A stretch of 49,097 nucleotides of DNA from Deltaproteobacteria bacterium (GCA_016208235.1 JACQYN010000003.1:1-49097), one strand, 5' to 3'; shown: positions 9,925 to 19,880, counted from the stretch's first letter. Notes: generated by a model not told the origin, from the sequence alone. Translations and numbers: made by a program.

Positions 9925-10336
9925 ATGCCAACTAAATATTTTTATAGAAAAATTATCTTTTCGTGCGTTTTATTATTTTTATTATTTTCCTTTATAACTA
10001 ATTTTGTTGATTTAGAAAAGTTATTTTTGCCTAAGAAATATTGGGAAAAACAAGTTATTTCATTGCAGAAAAATATTAATTTATTAGAAATGCTAATAAG
10101 AGATAAGCTATTAGAAATAGAGAAAAAGGACCTAACAATGGATTTAGATATACAACGATCTTATAATATTTTTTCTCAACATGGTTCTTTTAAGATTAAT
10201 AAAGAATAATATAATTGAATTGCACAAGATAGAAAAACTCAAATTGCAAGCAGAAGTTGAGGATTTGATTGATAAAATAAATAAGTTAAAGAATAAGCTT
10301 GAGAAGACCCAAATGGAGCTTGAGAAACATTCATAA
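9925..10336 (+). pseudogene. AT-rich membrane-anchored coiled-coil protein, apparently frameshifted near 10205
   Basis: ORF 9925-10209 has an N-terminal TM segment; a shifted frame continues IIELHKIEKLKLQAEVEDLIDKINKLKNKLEKTQMELEKHS to a stop at 10336. Confidence 0.5.
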
Positions 10337-10435
10337 TTTAAAAATCGGTTATTGCTTTAGCTCCAATTTCAAGCACACCCAAGGAGCAAGGGAATCCAAT
10401 AACCCACCGATACTTGAGAAATAGGCAGCAAGGGT

Positions 10436-10543
10436 TCCCCCTCCCTTGAGGGGAGGGGGTTAGGGGGAGGGTGGCGACTTTGGGAAACCAGGGTTCAAAG
10501 ACGCCACCCCCTCCCTAACCCTCCCCCCTCAAGGGGGAGGGAA
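10436..10543. repeat. Long hairpin element (family D: ccctcccttgaggggaggg)
   Basis: Near-perfect inverted repeat of about 108 bp; related arms at 23583-23716. Confidence 0.85.
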
Positions 10544-10627
10544 TCAAGTGGGGTCGCCATTGATCTAATGGAGTTCCGGCGAATTTTGTAGTTAAGGGCA
10601 TAATCGAATTTAAAATATTAATAAGGT

Positions 10628-10683
10628 GTCCAAGCAGAGCTTGGACTGAAAATATCGTTCCCAAGCAGGAGCTTGGGAACGAG
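10628..10683. repeat. REP family C (aagcagagctt...gttcccaagcaggagcttgggaacgag)
   Basis: Copies at 24176-24320, 25793-25821, 26627-26683 and 27974-28029. Confidence 0.85.
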
Positions 10684-10717
10684 AAGAAAGCTGACCGCTG
10701 AAAGCTGATAAGCTAAT

Positions 10718-12055
10718 ATGTTCGATAGACTCACCGACAAACTGGCCGTGGTCTTTAAAAAACTGAAAGGCCATGGCAAACTCACCGAGGCCCAGGTGGA
10801 AGAGGCCCTGCGGGAGGTGCGTCTCGCGCTCCTGGAAGCCGACGTCCACTATAAGGTGACCAAGAGCTTCATCGAGCGCATCAAGGAAAGGGCCGTGGGC
10901 GAGGAAGTGATGCGCTCGCTCACTCCGGCCCAGCAGGTGGTGAAAATCGTCCACGAGGAGCTGACCCAGCTTCTGGGGGGCGAATCCCCCCGCCTGGACC
11001 TGGGCGGCAAGCCCCCCATCGCCCTGATGTTGGTGGGCCTCCAGGGCTCCGGTAAGACCACCACCGCGGGCAAACTGGCCCGGCGCCTCAAAAGCCAGGG
11101 CCGCCAGCCTTATCTCGTGCCCGCGGACGTACAGCGGCCCGCGGCCATTGAGCAATTGAAACGCCTGGGCGCGGATATCGGCGTGGACGTCTATCCCTCC
11201 CAGCCGGACCAGAACCCCGTGGCCATCGCCGACGCGGCCATGGAAGCGGCCTATACCGCGGGCTACGATATCGTCATCCTGGACACCGCGGGCCGCCTCC
11301 ATATTGACGCGCCCCTGATGGATGAACTCAAGGCCATCAGGGAAAAGACGGAGCCCAAAGAGATTCTCCTGGTGGCCGACGCCATGACCGGCCAGGACGC
11401 GGTGCAGGTGGCCCAAAAATTTCATGACCTCCTGAAGCTCACCGGGGTCATCCTCACCAAGATGGAGGGCGACGCCCGGGGCGGCGCGGCCCTGTCCATG
11501 CGCGCGGTGATCGGCAAACCCATCAAGTTCCTGGGGGTGGGGGAAAAACTGGACGCGCTGGAGGTCTTCCACCCGGATCGCCTCAGCTCCCGCATCCTGG
11601 GCATGGGGGACATCCTCACCCTCATCGAGAAGGCCCAGGAGACCTTCGACGCCGACCAGGCCCAGGCCCTGGAAAAAAAGCTGCGGAAAGAAGGCTTTAC
11701 CCTGGAAGATTTCCGGGACCAATTGCGGCAAATTAAAAAGATGGGTACAATGGAACAATTGCTGAATATGATCCCGGGCATCGGCAGGAACAAGGCCCTC
11801 AAGGACCTGAAGCCCGACGACCGGGAACTGAAACGGGTGGAGGCCATCATCAATTCCATGACCCCTAAGGAAAGGGCCGACCACCAGCTCATCGACGGCA
11901 GCCGGCGCCGCCGCATCGCCCTGGGCAGCGGCACCACCGTCCAGGACGTCAACCGGCTGCTGAAAAATTTTAGTACAACCCAGAAAATGATCAAGCAGAT
12001 GACCCAGGGAGGCAAAAAGGGGAAAGTCCCCTTTTTCCCGGGGAAGTTTTTTTAA
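10718..12055 (+). CDS. ffh: Signal recognition particle protein
   Basis: GLQGSGKTT, DTAGR, TKMEGDARGG, M domain. Confidence 0.98.
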   Translation: MFDRLTDKLAVVFKKLKGHGKLTEAQVEEALREVRLALLEADVHYKVTKSFIERIKERAVGEEVMRSLTPAQQVVKIVHEELTQLLGGESPRLDLGGKPPIALMLVGLQGSGKTTTAGKLARRLKSQGRQPYLVPADVQRPAAIEQLKRLGADIGVDVYPSQPDQNPVAIADAAMEAAYTAGYDIVILDTAGRLHIDAPLMDELKAIREKTEPKEILLVADAMTGQDAVQVAQKFHDLLKLTGVILTKMEGDARGGAALSMRAVIGKPIKFLGVGEKLDALEVFHPDRLSSRILGMGDILTLIEKAQETFDADQAQALEKKLRKEGFTLEDFRDQLRQIKKMGTMEQLLNMIPGIGRNKALKDLKPDDRELKRVEAIINSMTPKERADHQLIDGSRRRRIALGSGTTVQDVNRLLKNFSTTQKMIKQMTQGGKKGKVPFFPGKFF

Positions 12056-12148
12056 AGATTGTGGGGAGGGGGCAGGGGCCGGCAGCACAGGCGTTCACCC
12101 CGGGCATCCTCCCCAAAGACCAAACCTAAAGGAGGGTAAAACAGCCTC

Positions 12149-12412
12149 ATGGCCTTACGTATCCGGCTGGCCCGTTTCGGCGCCAAAAAGCGCCCTTACT
12201 ATCGCCTAGTGGTGACTAATAATGAGTCTCCCCGGGATGGCAAATTTCTGGAGATTGTGGGCTCGTATGATCCCAATCAAGATCCGGCTGCGGTCACGGT
12301 GAAAGAGGAGCTCCTGGCCTTGTGGATGAGCCGGGGAGCCACGCCTACGGACACCGTGGCCAGTCTCTTAAAAAAGCGGGGAGCGCCCGCCGCAGCCGCA
12401 TCGGCAGACTAG
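12149..12412 (+). CDS. rpsP: 30S ribosomal protein S16
   Basis: IRLARFGAKKRPYYR, PRDGKFLE. Confidence 0.98.
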   Translation: MALRIRLARFGAKKRPYYRLVVTNNESPRDGKFLEIVGSYDPNQDPAAVTVKEELLALWMSRGATPTDTVASLLKKRGAPAAAASAD

Positions 12413-12476
12413 ATCGAGCCCACCCGGGAGACCGTGAAGAGGTGGAGCCCACCCCATCCTCGACGAGGTGGCGACA

Positions 12477-12707
12477 ATGAAAGACTTGGTAAAGTTCATC
12501 GCACAGGCTCTTGTGGACCAACCTGACCAGGTGCAGGTCAACGAAATTGAAGGGGAGCAGACCTCCGTCATCGAGCTCAAAGTGGCCAAGGAAGATCTGG
12601 GGAAGGTGATCGGCAAGCAGGGGCGTACGGCCCGGGCAATCCGCACCATTCTGAGTGCGGCCTCCACCAAGATTCGCAAGCGGTCGGTCCTGGAAATTCT
12701 TGAGTAA
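12477..12707 (+). CDS. khpA: KH-domain RNA-binding protein
   Basis: [17 protein letters not shown]; conserved position between rpsP and rimM. Confidence 0.93.
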   Translation: MKDLVKFIAQALVDQPDQVQVNEIEGEQTSVIELKVAKEDLGKVIGKQGRTARAIRTILSAASTKIRKRSVLEILE

Positions 12708-13242
12708 AGGACAAGGGGCCGCACCCTCATTAGTGGGATTGGGGCGAATATCCGGAGTCCATGGGCTCCGGGGCGCGCTGAAATTAAGGGCGGATGCCGC
12801 CACCGCGACCACCGACCCGGCAGTGATTGCCGCATTGGGGGAAGTGGAAATCGGGGGCCTTCGCCACCGGGTGCTGGACGCCGACCGCCTGAAAGGACAG
12901 ATTTTGCTCCGCCTGGAGGGCATCCAAACCCGGGACCAGGCGGAAGCCCTCATTGGTCAGGAGGTTAAAGGAGAGTCCGGCCGCTTCCCGCCGTTGCCTC
13001 CGGGAGAATATTACTGGTTTCAGGTTCTGGGATTGCCGGTCCTCCAGGCGGCTGACGGGACCTTGTTGGGACATCTTTGGGAGATTATTCCCACCCCGGG
13101 CCATGACGTTTACGTGGTGCGCCAGGGGGAGAAGGAGTTGCTCCTCCCCGCGGTGGAGGAGGTGATTACCGAAATCAATCTGGAAGAGGGGTGGATCAAG
13201 GTGGCGCCGCCTCCGGAGCTGTTGGAGGCTTATGCTCATTGA
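12700..13242 (+). CDS. rimM: Ribosome maturation factor RimM
   Basis: [30 protein letters not shown] start inferred. Confidence 0.93.
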   Translation: MSKGQGAAPSLVGLGRISGVHGLRGALKLRADAATATTDPAVIAALGEVEIGGLRHRVLDADRLKGQILLRLEGIQTRDQAEALIGQEVKGESGRFPPLPPGEYYWFQVLGLPVLQAADGTLLGHLWEIIPTPGHDVYVVRQGEKELLLPAVEEVITEINLEEGWIKVAPPPELLEAYAH

Positions 13243-13969
13243 GCTGCTGACCCTGTTCCCGGAATTTTTCAACTCCCCTCTCAGCCAGAGCATGCTTCAA
13301 CGGGCCCAATCCCAGGGGGCCGTGGAGTTCCGGGTCCTGAACCTCCGGGACTTCACCTTCGACCGCCACCGGGTGGTGGATGACCGCCCCTTTGGGGGCG
13401 GCCCGGGCATGGTCCTGAAGATCGAGCCCCTGGTGCAGGCCATTCGCGCCGTCAGGGAGCAGGACCCGGAAGTGCGGGTTATTTTGCTCAGCCCCCAGGG
13501 TTTTTTGTTTTCCCAGGACAAGGCCCGGGAACTGGCTGGACAAAAACACTTACTGTTAATTTGCGGCCATTATGAAGGAGTGGATGAGCGCATCCACTTT
13601 TATATTGATGAAGAGCTGTCCATCGGCGATTATATCTTAACCGGGGGGGAGATTCCCGCCCTGGTGGTGGTGGACGCAGTGACCCGGCTGCTTCCCGGAG
13701 TCCTGGGGGGCGAAGGGGCCGTGGAAGAAGAGTCCTTTCAAACCGGGTTGCTGGAATATCCCCACTATACCCGGCCCCGGGACTTCGAAGGCCACGAAGC
13801 GCCGGAAATCCTGCTCAGCGGCGATCACCAGCGTGTCGCCAGGTGGCGGCGTCAGGAGGCCCTGCGGCGCACCGCTAAGGCGCGGCCCGATTTGTTGGAA
13901 AAAGCGGTCCTGGAAGACGCGGACCGAGAGTTTTTGGCAACTTCAACCGATTCCGATAAGAAAGATTAG
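13232..13969 (+). CDS. trmD: tRNA (guanine-N1)-methyltransferase
   Basis: [39 protein letters not shown]. Confidence 0.98.
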   Translation: MLIELLTLFPEFFNSPLSQSMLQRAQSQGAVEFRVLNLRDFTFDRHRVVDDRPFGGGPGMVLKIEPLVQAIRAVREQDPEVRVILLSPQGFLFSQDKARELAGQKHLLLICGHYEGVDERIHFYIDEELSIGDYILTGGEIPALVVVDAVTRLLPGVLGGEGAVEEESFQTGLLEYPHYTRPRDFEGHEAPEILLSGDHQRVARWRRQEALRRTAKARPDLLEKAVLEDADREFLATSTDSDKKD

Positions 13970-13980
13970 GTGGTATTTTT

Positions 13981-14334
13981 ATGGAACGCGTAGACCAATT
14001 ATCCCGGGAACAGATGCGGGCGGATCTTCCCGCCTTCCGCCCGGGAGACACCGTGGAAGTGCACGTGCGCATTGTGGAAGGGGACAAAGAACGGATTCAG
14101 GTCTTTAAAGGAGTGGTTATCCGCAAACGAGGCGCGCTCACCGGCTCCACCTTCACCGTACGCAAAGTCTCTTACGGCGTGGGCGTGGAGCGTATCTTTC
14201 CCCTACACTCCCCGAATATCGAGCAGGTGGTGGTTCTCACCCGGGGGGATGTCAATCGCAGCCGTCTTTACTACCTGCGCCAGCGGGTGGGCAAAGCGGC
14301 CCGGATCAAAGAAAAGCGGACCCCCCAGGCATGA
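13981..14334 (+). CDS. rplS: 50S ribosomal protein L19
   Basis: [30 protein letters not shown]. Confidence 0.98.
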   Translation: MERVDQLSREQMRADLPAFRPGDTVEVHVRIVEGDKERIQVFKGVVIRKRGALTGSTFTVRKVSYGVGVERIFPLHSPNIEQVVVLTRGDVNRSRLYYLRQRVGKAARIKEKRTPQA

Positions 14335-14966
14335 AAAGGCCCCGGGCCGGCAAGCAGGTCTTTGCTGACCCGGAGGCTTATTGGCGTTTACAGGGGATTC
14401 CCCTAATCGCCGGGGTGGATGAAGTGGGCCGGGGGCCCCTGGCCGGGCCAGTAGTGGCCGCGGCCGTAATCCTGCCGCCGGAGGCCCGGTTTCCTGGGCT
14501 CCGGGACTCCAAGCTCCTTACCCCTGAAGCCAGGACCGCTCTGGACGCCGAAATCCGGAGCCGGGCCCTGGCTTTTGCCGTTCGCGAACTGGGTCCCCGC
14601 CACATCGAGCGTCTGGGCATCCTGGCCGCGTCCCTGAAAGCCATGGCCCAGGCGGTCCAGGCCCTCTCCCTGCTCCCCGAAATGGTGCTGGTGGACGGCC
14701 CTCACCCCCTGCCCCTGGCCTTTCCCCAACAGCCGGTGGTCAAGGGGGACGACCTCTGCCCCTCCATCTCCGCGGCCGCGGTCCTGGCCAAGGTGTACCG
14801 GGACCGGCTGATGACTTCCTTCCACCGTCAATATCCCCAATACAATTTCCCGCGCCACAAAGGCTACGCTACGCCTGAGCACCTGGAAGCCCTGCGCTGT
14901 TGGGGGCCCTGTCCCATACACCGCCGCACCTTCAGCGGGGTTAAGGAATGGCTAGAGGAGAGATAA
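14331..14966 (+). CDS. rnhB: Ribonuclease HII
   Basis: [34 protein letters not shown]. Confidence 0.97.
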   Translation: MKRPRAGKQVFADPEAYWRLQGIPLIAGVDEVGRGPLAGPVVAAAVILPPEARFPGLRDSKLLTPEARTALDAEIRSRALAFAVRELGPRHIERLGILAASLKAMAQAVQALSLLPEMVLVDGPHPLPLAFPQQPVVKGDDLCPSISAAAVLAKVYRDRLMTSFHRQYPQYNFPRHKGYATPEHLEALRCWGPCPIHRRTFSGVKEWLEER

Positions 14967-14975
14967 TGATCTCAG

Positions 14976-15759
14976 TTTGCAGCATTTCTAATACCAGGAT
15001 GCGATTAAACAGGTGTTTTCCCTTGTAGGGGCGGACCCATGTGTCCGCCCCGGAGGGTCGCACACGCGGATGCGCCCTGGAGGGGGCACACATGGGTGCC
15101 CCCCTACTTCCATGATCGTATTTATTTTTAAGGACTGATTAAAATGCCTGTTTGGCCATGGAGACGTAAGTCCCCTCGTTTAGAAGAATACGACTATTCC
15201 AGTGAAGGTGCTTATTTTGTTACGGTTTGCATCCAGAAACGTGAATGTTTATTAGGGAGGGTGGCTGAAGGGATTCTTCAGTCAAATGATGCCGGGAAAA
15301 TGGTGGAAAGGTGGTGGCAGAAACTGGAGAATAAATTCCCTTCAATCAAAATAGACTCTTTTTATGTGGTTATGCCCAATCATTTTCACGGGATTGTGTT
15401 TTTGCGAGCGGCCGGGGGCGCACACATGGGTGCGCCCCTACAAAAGATAGTGCAGTGGTTCAAGACCATGAGCACTAACGAGTATATTCATGGAGTTAAG
15501 GAATACGGTTGGCCGCCGTTTAAAGAAAAATTGTGGCAACGCAGTTTCTATGATCATGTTATACGTAATGAAGAATCTCTGAGCCGCATTCGCGAGTATA
15601 TAGCCACCAATCCCCTGCGTTGGGATCTGGACCGGGAAAATCTTCAAGCCAGAGGGAAAGACGATTTTGACGGCTGGCTTGATACTTTTAAAGCCAGGCC
15701 GCAATCATCCCCCTGTAGGGGTGCACCCAGTAGGGGCGGACCCATGTGTCCGCCCTCAG
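14976..15759 (+). mobile_element. RAYT-REP cassette inserted in the yraN 5' end between CTCAG direct repeats
   Basis: CTCAG at 14971-14975 and 15755-15759; removing the cassette gives ATG ATC TCA GAT GAT AGG (MISDDRRQLG). Confidence 0.65.
15025..15107. repeat. GTAG REP cluster (RAYT1 type: gtaggggcggacccatgtgtccgccc)
   Basis: Inverted doublet upstream of the RAYT; copies at 15414, 15715, 19796, 26415 and 27688. Confidence 0.88.
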
Positions 15760-16109
15760 ATGATAGGCGACAGTTAGGCGACGCGGGCGAAGCCCTGGCC
15801 GCCGCGGCCCTGAAGAAACAGGGCTATAAGATCCTGGAGCGCAATTACGTCACTCCCCTGGGGGAGATTGACCTCATCGCCCGGCACGGCCGCGCGCTGG
15901 TCTTCATTGAAGTGAAAACCAGGCGCAGCCTCCGGTTCGGGGAGCCCCAGGACGCGGTGACCCCGGCCAAACAGGCCCGAATACAAAAACTGGCGGATTA
16001 TTATTTGCAGCGCAAACGCGTGGGGGAGGTGGAAGTGCGGTTTGACGTGGTGGGGATTACCTTTTCTGATAATAGGTCTAGCGTTGAAATCATTCAGAAT
16101 GCTTTTTAG
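15144..16109 (+). CDS. REP-associated tyrosine transposase (Y1 HUH) fused in frame to a YraN-family nuclease
   Basis: RRKSPRL-YDYS-GAYFVT, VMPNHFH, WQRSFYDHVIR, YIATNP; then from about 15756 GEALAA, GEIDLIA, VFIEVKTR, RFDVV with no stop in between. Confidence 0.88.
   Translation: MPVWPWRRKSPRLEEYDYSSEGAYFVTVCIQKRECLLGRVAEGILQSNDAGKMVERWWQKLENKFPSIKIDSFYVVMPNHFHGIVFLRAAGGAHMGAPLQKIVQWFKTMSTNEYIHGVKEYGWPPFKEKLWQRSFYDHVIRNEESLSRIREYIATNPLRWDLDRENLQARGKDDFDGWLDTFKARPQSSPCRGAPSRGGPMCPPSDDRRQLGDAGEALAAAALKKQGYKILERNYVTPLGEIDLIARHGRALVFIEVKTRRSLRFGEPQDAVTPAKQARIQKLADYYLQRKRVGEVEVRFDVVGITFSDNRSSVEIIQNAF
15756..16109 (+). CDS. yraN: YraN (UPF0102) nuclease domain, C-terminal part of the fusion ORF
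   Basis: GE..A..L...GYKILERN, GEIDLIA, FIEVKTR; canonical position between rnhB and rsmI. Confidence 0.92.
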   Translation, partial: SDDRRQLGDAGEALAAAALKKQGYKILERNYVTPLGEIDLIARHGRALVFIEVKTRRSLRFGEPQDAVTPAKQARIQKLADYYLQRKRVGEVEVRFDVVGITFSDNRSSVEIIQNAF

Positions 16110-16148
16110 TTAATCTGTAGGGCGGCGCTGTCCGCCACTATTTGCCAT

Positions 16149-16979
16149 ATGCTTTACATCGTCGCCACTCCCATCGGCAATCTGGAAGACATTACCCTCC
16201 GGGCCCTCCGGGTCCTCAAGGAAGTGGACCTGATTGCCGCGGAGGACACCCGCCACACCCGCAAGCTCCTCACTCACTATGGTATTTCCACGTCCCTCAT
16301 CAGCTACCACGCCCATAACCAGAAGACCCGGGGCCCGGAGCTGATCCAGCGCTTGCAAAACGGCCAGAATATCGCCCTGGTAAGCGACGCGGGCACCCCG
16401 GGATTCTCCGACCCCGGAGCCGACCTGGTGGCTTTGGCTTGGGACGCGGGCGTCAAAGTGGAAGCCGTGCCCGGCCCCGCCGCCGGGGTCGCAGCCCTGT
16501 CCATGTCCGGGTTTAAGGGCGACGTCACCTTTGTGGGCTTCCTCCCCCACCGGGAGGGCAAGCGCCGGGAATTGCTGGGCCGGTTGGCGAATGAGCCCCG
16601 GGCGGTTATAATATATGAGTCTCCTCGACGCCTCCTTACTACCCTGGAGGAAATCGCGGCGGTGATGGGCAACCGCCAGGTGCTGGTGGTCCGGGAGCTT
16701 ACAAAAAAATTTGAGGAGGCCTGGCGGGGGCCGGTTAAGGAAGTGGCGGCCGAACTCGCGGGCCAAGAAATCAAAGGGGAATGCGCCCTGGTCCTCTCGT
16801 GCCCTGAAGGAGAGCCGGCCCCGGAAGTGGACCTCACCGGGCACCTGATGAAAAGGGCCCGGGAAAGCGGCCTCCAGGGACGGCAGCTCACCGACCTGGT
16901 GGCCGGAGAACTGAAAATGCCCCGGCGCCCGGTGTACCAGGCTTATCTGGTTTTGAAGGCCCGGGGTCGCGTTAAATAG
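16149..16979 (+). CDS. rsmI: 16S rRNA C1402 2'-O-methyltransferase
   Basis: LYIVATPIGNLEDIT, AEDTR, SDAGTP, YESPRR, RELTK. Confidence 0.97.
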   Translation: MLYIVATPIGNLEDITLRALRVLKEVDLIAAEDTRHTRKLLTHYGISTSLISYHAHNQKTRGPELIQRLQNGQNIALVSDAGTPGFSDPGADLVALAWDAGVKVEAVPGPAAGVAALSMSGFKGDVTFVGFLPHREGKRRELLGRLANEPRAVIIYESPRRLLTTLEEIAAVMGNRQVLVVRELTKKFEEAWRGPVKEVAAELAGQEIKGECALVLSCPEGEPAPEVDLTGHLMKRARESGLQGRQLTDLVAGELKMPRRPVYQAYLVLKARGRVK

Positions 16980-17110
16980 AATAGACTTGTGGAGAGAGAG
17001 ATAGAGGATTAGCTAGCAGCGGTCAGCTATCAGTTGTCAGCTTAAAAATGATTTTAGATGAAAGCTGATAGCCCTATTCCCACTTGAGACTTTTGCGAAA
17101 GTCTTTAAGC

Positions 17111-17191
17111 TGTCATTCTGAACGGAGCGAAGCGGAGTGAAGAATCTCGTATTTTGAGATTCTTCGGTCGCTCCGCTCCCTCAGAATGACA
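17111..17191. repeat. Family B palindrome (copy 2)
   Basis: tgtcattctgaacggagcgaagcggagtgaagaatctc...tcagaatgaca. Confidence 0.9.
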
Positions 17192-17232
17192 ATTTATGCA
17201 TTCTAACAGAGGTTTCCACTTGAAATTCGCAT

Positions 17233-17541
17233 ATGTCTAAGTTAGCCGTGTCACACAAGAAATCGAAGATCCCAGTAGTGGAAAAGGAAATTTGGGTGGA
17301 AAACCGTCTGGGACTCCATGCCCGCCCTGCGGCCCAGGTGGCGCTGCTGGCCCAGAAGTTCGACGGGGACGTCATCCTGGAAAAGGACGGCACCCGGGCC
17401 AACGCCCGGGACTTGCTGGCCCTCCTGGCCCTGGATTGCCCCCAGGGGACCCGCCTGGTGTTGCGGGCCACCGGCCCCCAGGCCCAGGAGGCCGCGGTGG
17501 CCCTGTTTTCCCTCTTTGCCAGCAAGTTCGGAGAAAAATGA
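17233..17541 (+). CDS. ptsH: HPr phosphocarrier protein
   Basis: NRLGLHARPAA His15 motif; upstream of enzyme I. Confidence 0.92.
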   Translation: MSKLAVSHKKSKIPVVEKEIWVENRLGLHARPAAQVALLAQKFDGDVILEKDGTRANARDLLALLALDCPQGTRLVLRATGPQAQEAAVALFSLFASKFGEK

Positions 17542-19325
17542 CTCGTAAGAACCTGGTCCTCGAGGGTATTCCCGCCTCCCCCGGCATTGTGCTGGGCCGC
17601 GCCAAGGTGCTGGCGGAAAAGGTGGAGGCCCAGCCTTACTACTGTCTTCTCTACTCCCCGGAAGAGATCAACGACGAGATGGGCCGCTTCCTGAAGGCCG
17701 TGGAGCAGGCGGAAGCGGACCTCATCGTCTTGAAGGAATCCCTGTCTCCGGAATATCAGGAACACGCCCACCTTCTGGACCTGCAAATCCTGGTGCTCAA
17801 AGAGCGGATGATCTTTCAGGAAACCCAGCGGCTCATCCGGGAGGAGCGCTACAATGCCGAATGGGCCCTGTTCCAGGCCTGGCAGAAGGTGCGGGAGCTG
17901 TTTAAGGGGATCGGCGACCCTTACATCAAGGGCCGCATTCAAGACGTGGAAGAAGTCTACCGCCGCCTGCAGAGCATTCTCGCCGGCAAAGAGGCTCTGA
18001 GCCTCTCCTCCCAGGAGCCGGTGGTCATCGTGGCCCGGGACCTTTCCCCCGCGGAAGCCACCCAGATGACCAGCTCCCAGGTCCTCGGGTTCATTACTGA
18101 GCGGGGCGGGAGAACTTCCCATACCGCCATTATTGCTCAATCCCTGGAAATTCCGGCAGTAGTGGGAGTGGACTTTGCCACCCGGGAGATCGCCACCGGC
18201 GACGCCTTGATCCTGGACGGGTTGACGGGCCGGATCATCCTGGAGCCGGACGAGGAGCTGAGTCACTCCTATCGGGCCCGCAAGGAGGAATTCGAGGTCT
18301 TCAAGGGGGAAGTGGCCCAATCCAGCAGCCTCCCCGCCACCACCATGGATGAATACCCCACGCAAATCCTGGCCAATATCGAGTTGCCGGAAGAGGTGGA
18401 ACTGGGGCTCAAGTACGGCGCGGACGGGGTGGGGCTCTATCGCACCGAGTTCCTCTATCTCCGGCAGCGGCATCTGCCCACCGAAGAGGAGCTTTTCCAG
18501 GATTACCGGCGGGTGGTGGAGGCCATGCAGCCCAAGGTAGTGACCATCCGCACCCTGGATATCGGCGGCGATAAGTTTCTCTCGGCCCTGGAATACGCGC
18601 CGGAAATGAACCCGGCCCTGGGGCTCCGGGCCATCCGCTTCTGCCTCAAAGAAGTGAATATCTTCCGCACCCAATTAAAAGCCATCCTTCGGGCTTCGGC
18701 CCACGGCCGGGTCCGGGTTATGTTTCCCCTCATCTCCAGCGTCCGGGAAATAAAAGACGCCCGCCAGCTACTGGAGGGGGTGAAGCAAGACCTGGAGCGG
18801 GAAGGCCTGCCCTTTGACCCCCGGATGCCGGTGGGAGCCATGATAGAAGTGCCCGCAGCGGTGACCCTGGCCCATCTTTTGGCCCAGCACGCGGACTTCT
18901 TTAGCATTGGCACCAACGACCTGATACAATATGCTTTGGCTATTGACCGGGTCAACAAGCAGGTGGCCGACATGTATCAACCCCTGCACCCCGCGGTGAT
19001 GCTGATGATCCGGGAGGTGGTCCACGCCGCCCGGGTGGCCCGCATTCCCGTGGCCATGTGCGGCGAGATGGCCGGTGACCCCCTCTATATCCCCGTGCTT
19101 CTGGGGTTGGGAGTAGCGGAATTGTCCATGAACGCGGTGGCCATACCCATGGCCAAGCACATCATCCGCATGATCACCATTGAGGAGGCCCGGAAGATCG
19201 CCCGCCACGCCTTGCGTCTGGTCACGGTGGAAGAGGTCAATGACTATGTGGACCAGGAGATTAATCGCCGCTTCCCGGAAATTTTTCGGTTCGGCCGTAC
19301 CATGGCCGCCAATCATGCAATATGA
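17538..19325 (+). CDS. ptsI: PEP-protein phosphotransferase (PTS enzyme I)
   Basis: GGRTSHTAII, GVGLYRTEF, RTLDIGGDK, SIGTNDL, CGEMA; ATG at 17538 overlaps the ptsH stop. Confidence 0.96.
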   Translation: MTRKNLVLEGIPASPGIVLGRAKVLAEKVEAQPYYCLLYSPEEINDEMGRFLKAVEQAEADLIVLKESLSPEYQEHAHLLDLQILVLKERMIFQETQRLIREERYNAEWALFQAWQKVRELFKGIGDPYIKGRIQDVEEVYRRLQSILAGKEALSLSSQEPVVIVARDLSPAEATQMTSSQVLGFITERGGRTSHTAIIAQSLEIPAVVGVDFATREIATGDALILDGLTGRIILEPDEELSHSYRARKEEFEVFKGEVAQSSSLPATTMDEYPTQILANIELPEEVELGLKYGADGVGLYRTEFLYLRQRHLPTEEELFQDYRRVVEAMQPKVVTIRTLDIGGDKFLSALEYAPEMNPALGLRAIRFCLKEVNIFRTQLKAILRASAHGRVRVMFPLISSVREIKDARQLLEGVKQDLEREGLPFDPRMPVGAMIEVPAAVTLAHLLAQHADFFSIGTNDLIQYALAIDRVNKQVADMYQPLHPAVMLMIREVVHAARVARIPVAMCGEMAGDPLYIPVLLGLGVAELSMNAVAIPMAKHIIRMITIEEARKIARHALRLVTVEEVNDYVDQEINRRFPEIFRFGRTMAANHAI

Positions 19326-19792
19326 AAGAAGAAAAAGAAGAAAATCTCAAGGTCATCTGCCGCAATCGCAAGGCCTACTTCGACTACGCCATCGACGCCT
19401 TCTATGAGGCCGGGATGGTCTTGAAGGGCACCGAAGTAAAGGCCCTGCGCGAGGGTAGAGCCAACATCAACGACGCCTACGCCCGCTTCCGGGACGGGGA
19501 AATCTTTCTCTATAACGCCCATATCAGCCCCTATTCCCACGCCGCGGCGGATAGCCACCAGCCCGAGCGGCCCCGGAAACTGCTTCTGCATCACTGGGAA
19601 ATGAAGCGCCTCCTGGTCAAACTCCAGGAACGGGGCTACACCCTGATTCCTTTAAGGCTGTACTTCAAAAATGAACATGCTAAGGTGGAACTGGGCCTGG
19701 CCAAAGGCAAAAAAAAGGCCGATAAACGGGAAGCCATCCGCCGCCGGGAAGAACAGCGGGAAATAGACCGGGCCCGCAAACGGCGGAAATGA
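19322..19792 (+). CDS. smpB: SsrA-binding protein
   Basis: NRKAYFDY, GTEVKALR, RKLLLH, KGKK..DKR. Confidence 0.97.
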   Translation: MKEEKEENLKVICRNRKAYFDYAIDAFYEAGMVLKGTEVKALREGRANINDAYARFRDGEIFLYNAHISPYSHAAADSHQPERPRKLLLHHWEMKRLLVKLQERGYTLIPLRLYFKNEHAKVELGLAKGKKKADKREAIRRREEQREIDRARKRRK

Positions 19793-19795
19793 GGA

Positions 19796-19880
19796 GTAGG
19801 GGCGGACCCATGTGTCCGCCCTTGGGTGGGCGGACCCATGCTTCCCCCCCGGGTGGGCGCACACATGGGTGCGCTTCTAC
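19796..19880. repeat. GTAG REP cluster (RAYT1 type)
   Basis: gtaggggcggacccatgtgtccgccc ... gggcgcacacatgggtgcgcttctac. Confidence 0.85.

Noticed and set aside
10340..10717. SRP RNA upstream of ffh
   Set aside because: The long hairpin is a family D repeat and lacks the SRP domain IV motif
10610..12088. 492-aa minus-strand ORF and similar long antisense ORFs (17181-18674, 29134-30099, 31495-32511, 39998-41341, 47593-48558)
   Set aside because: Shadows of well-supported genes on the opposite strand in GC-rich DNA; no recognisable motifs
16980..17232. RNase P RNA downstream of rsmI
   Set aside because: No GAGGAAAGUCC-type signature; region consists of heptamer repeats and a family B palindrome
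17292..17537. N-terminal extension of enzyme I (PtsP-like GAF domain)
   Set aside because: It overlaps ptsH in another frame and is low-complexity; the real start is 17538
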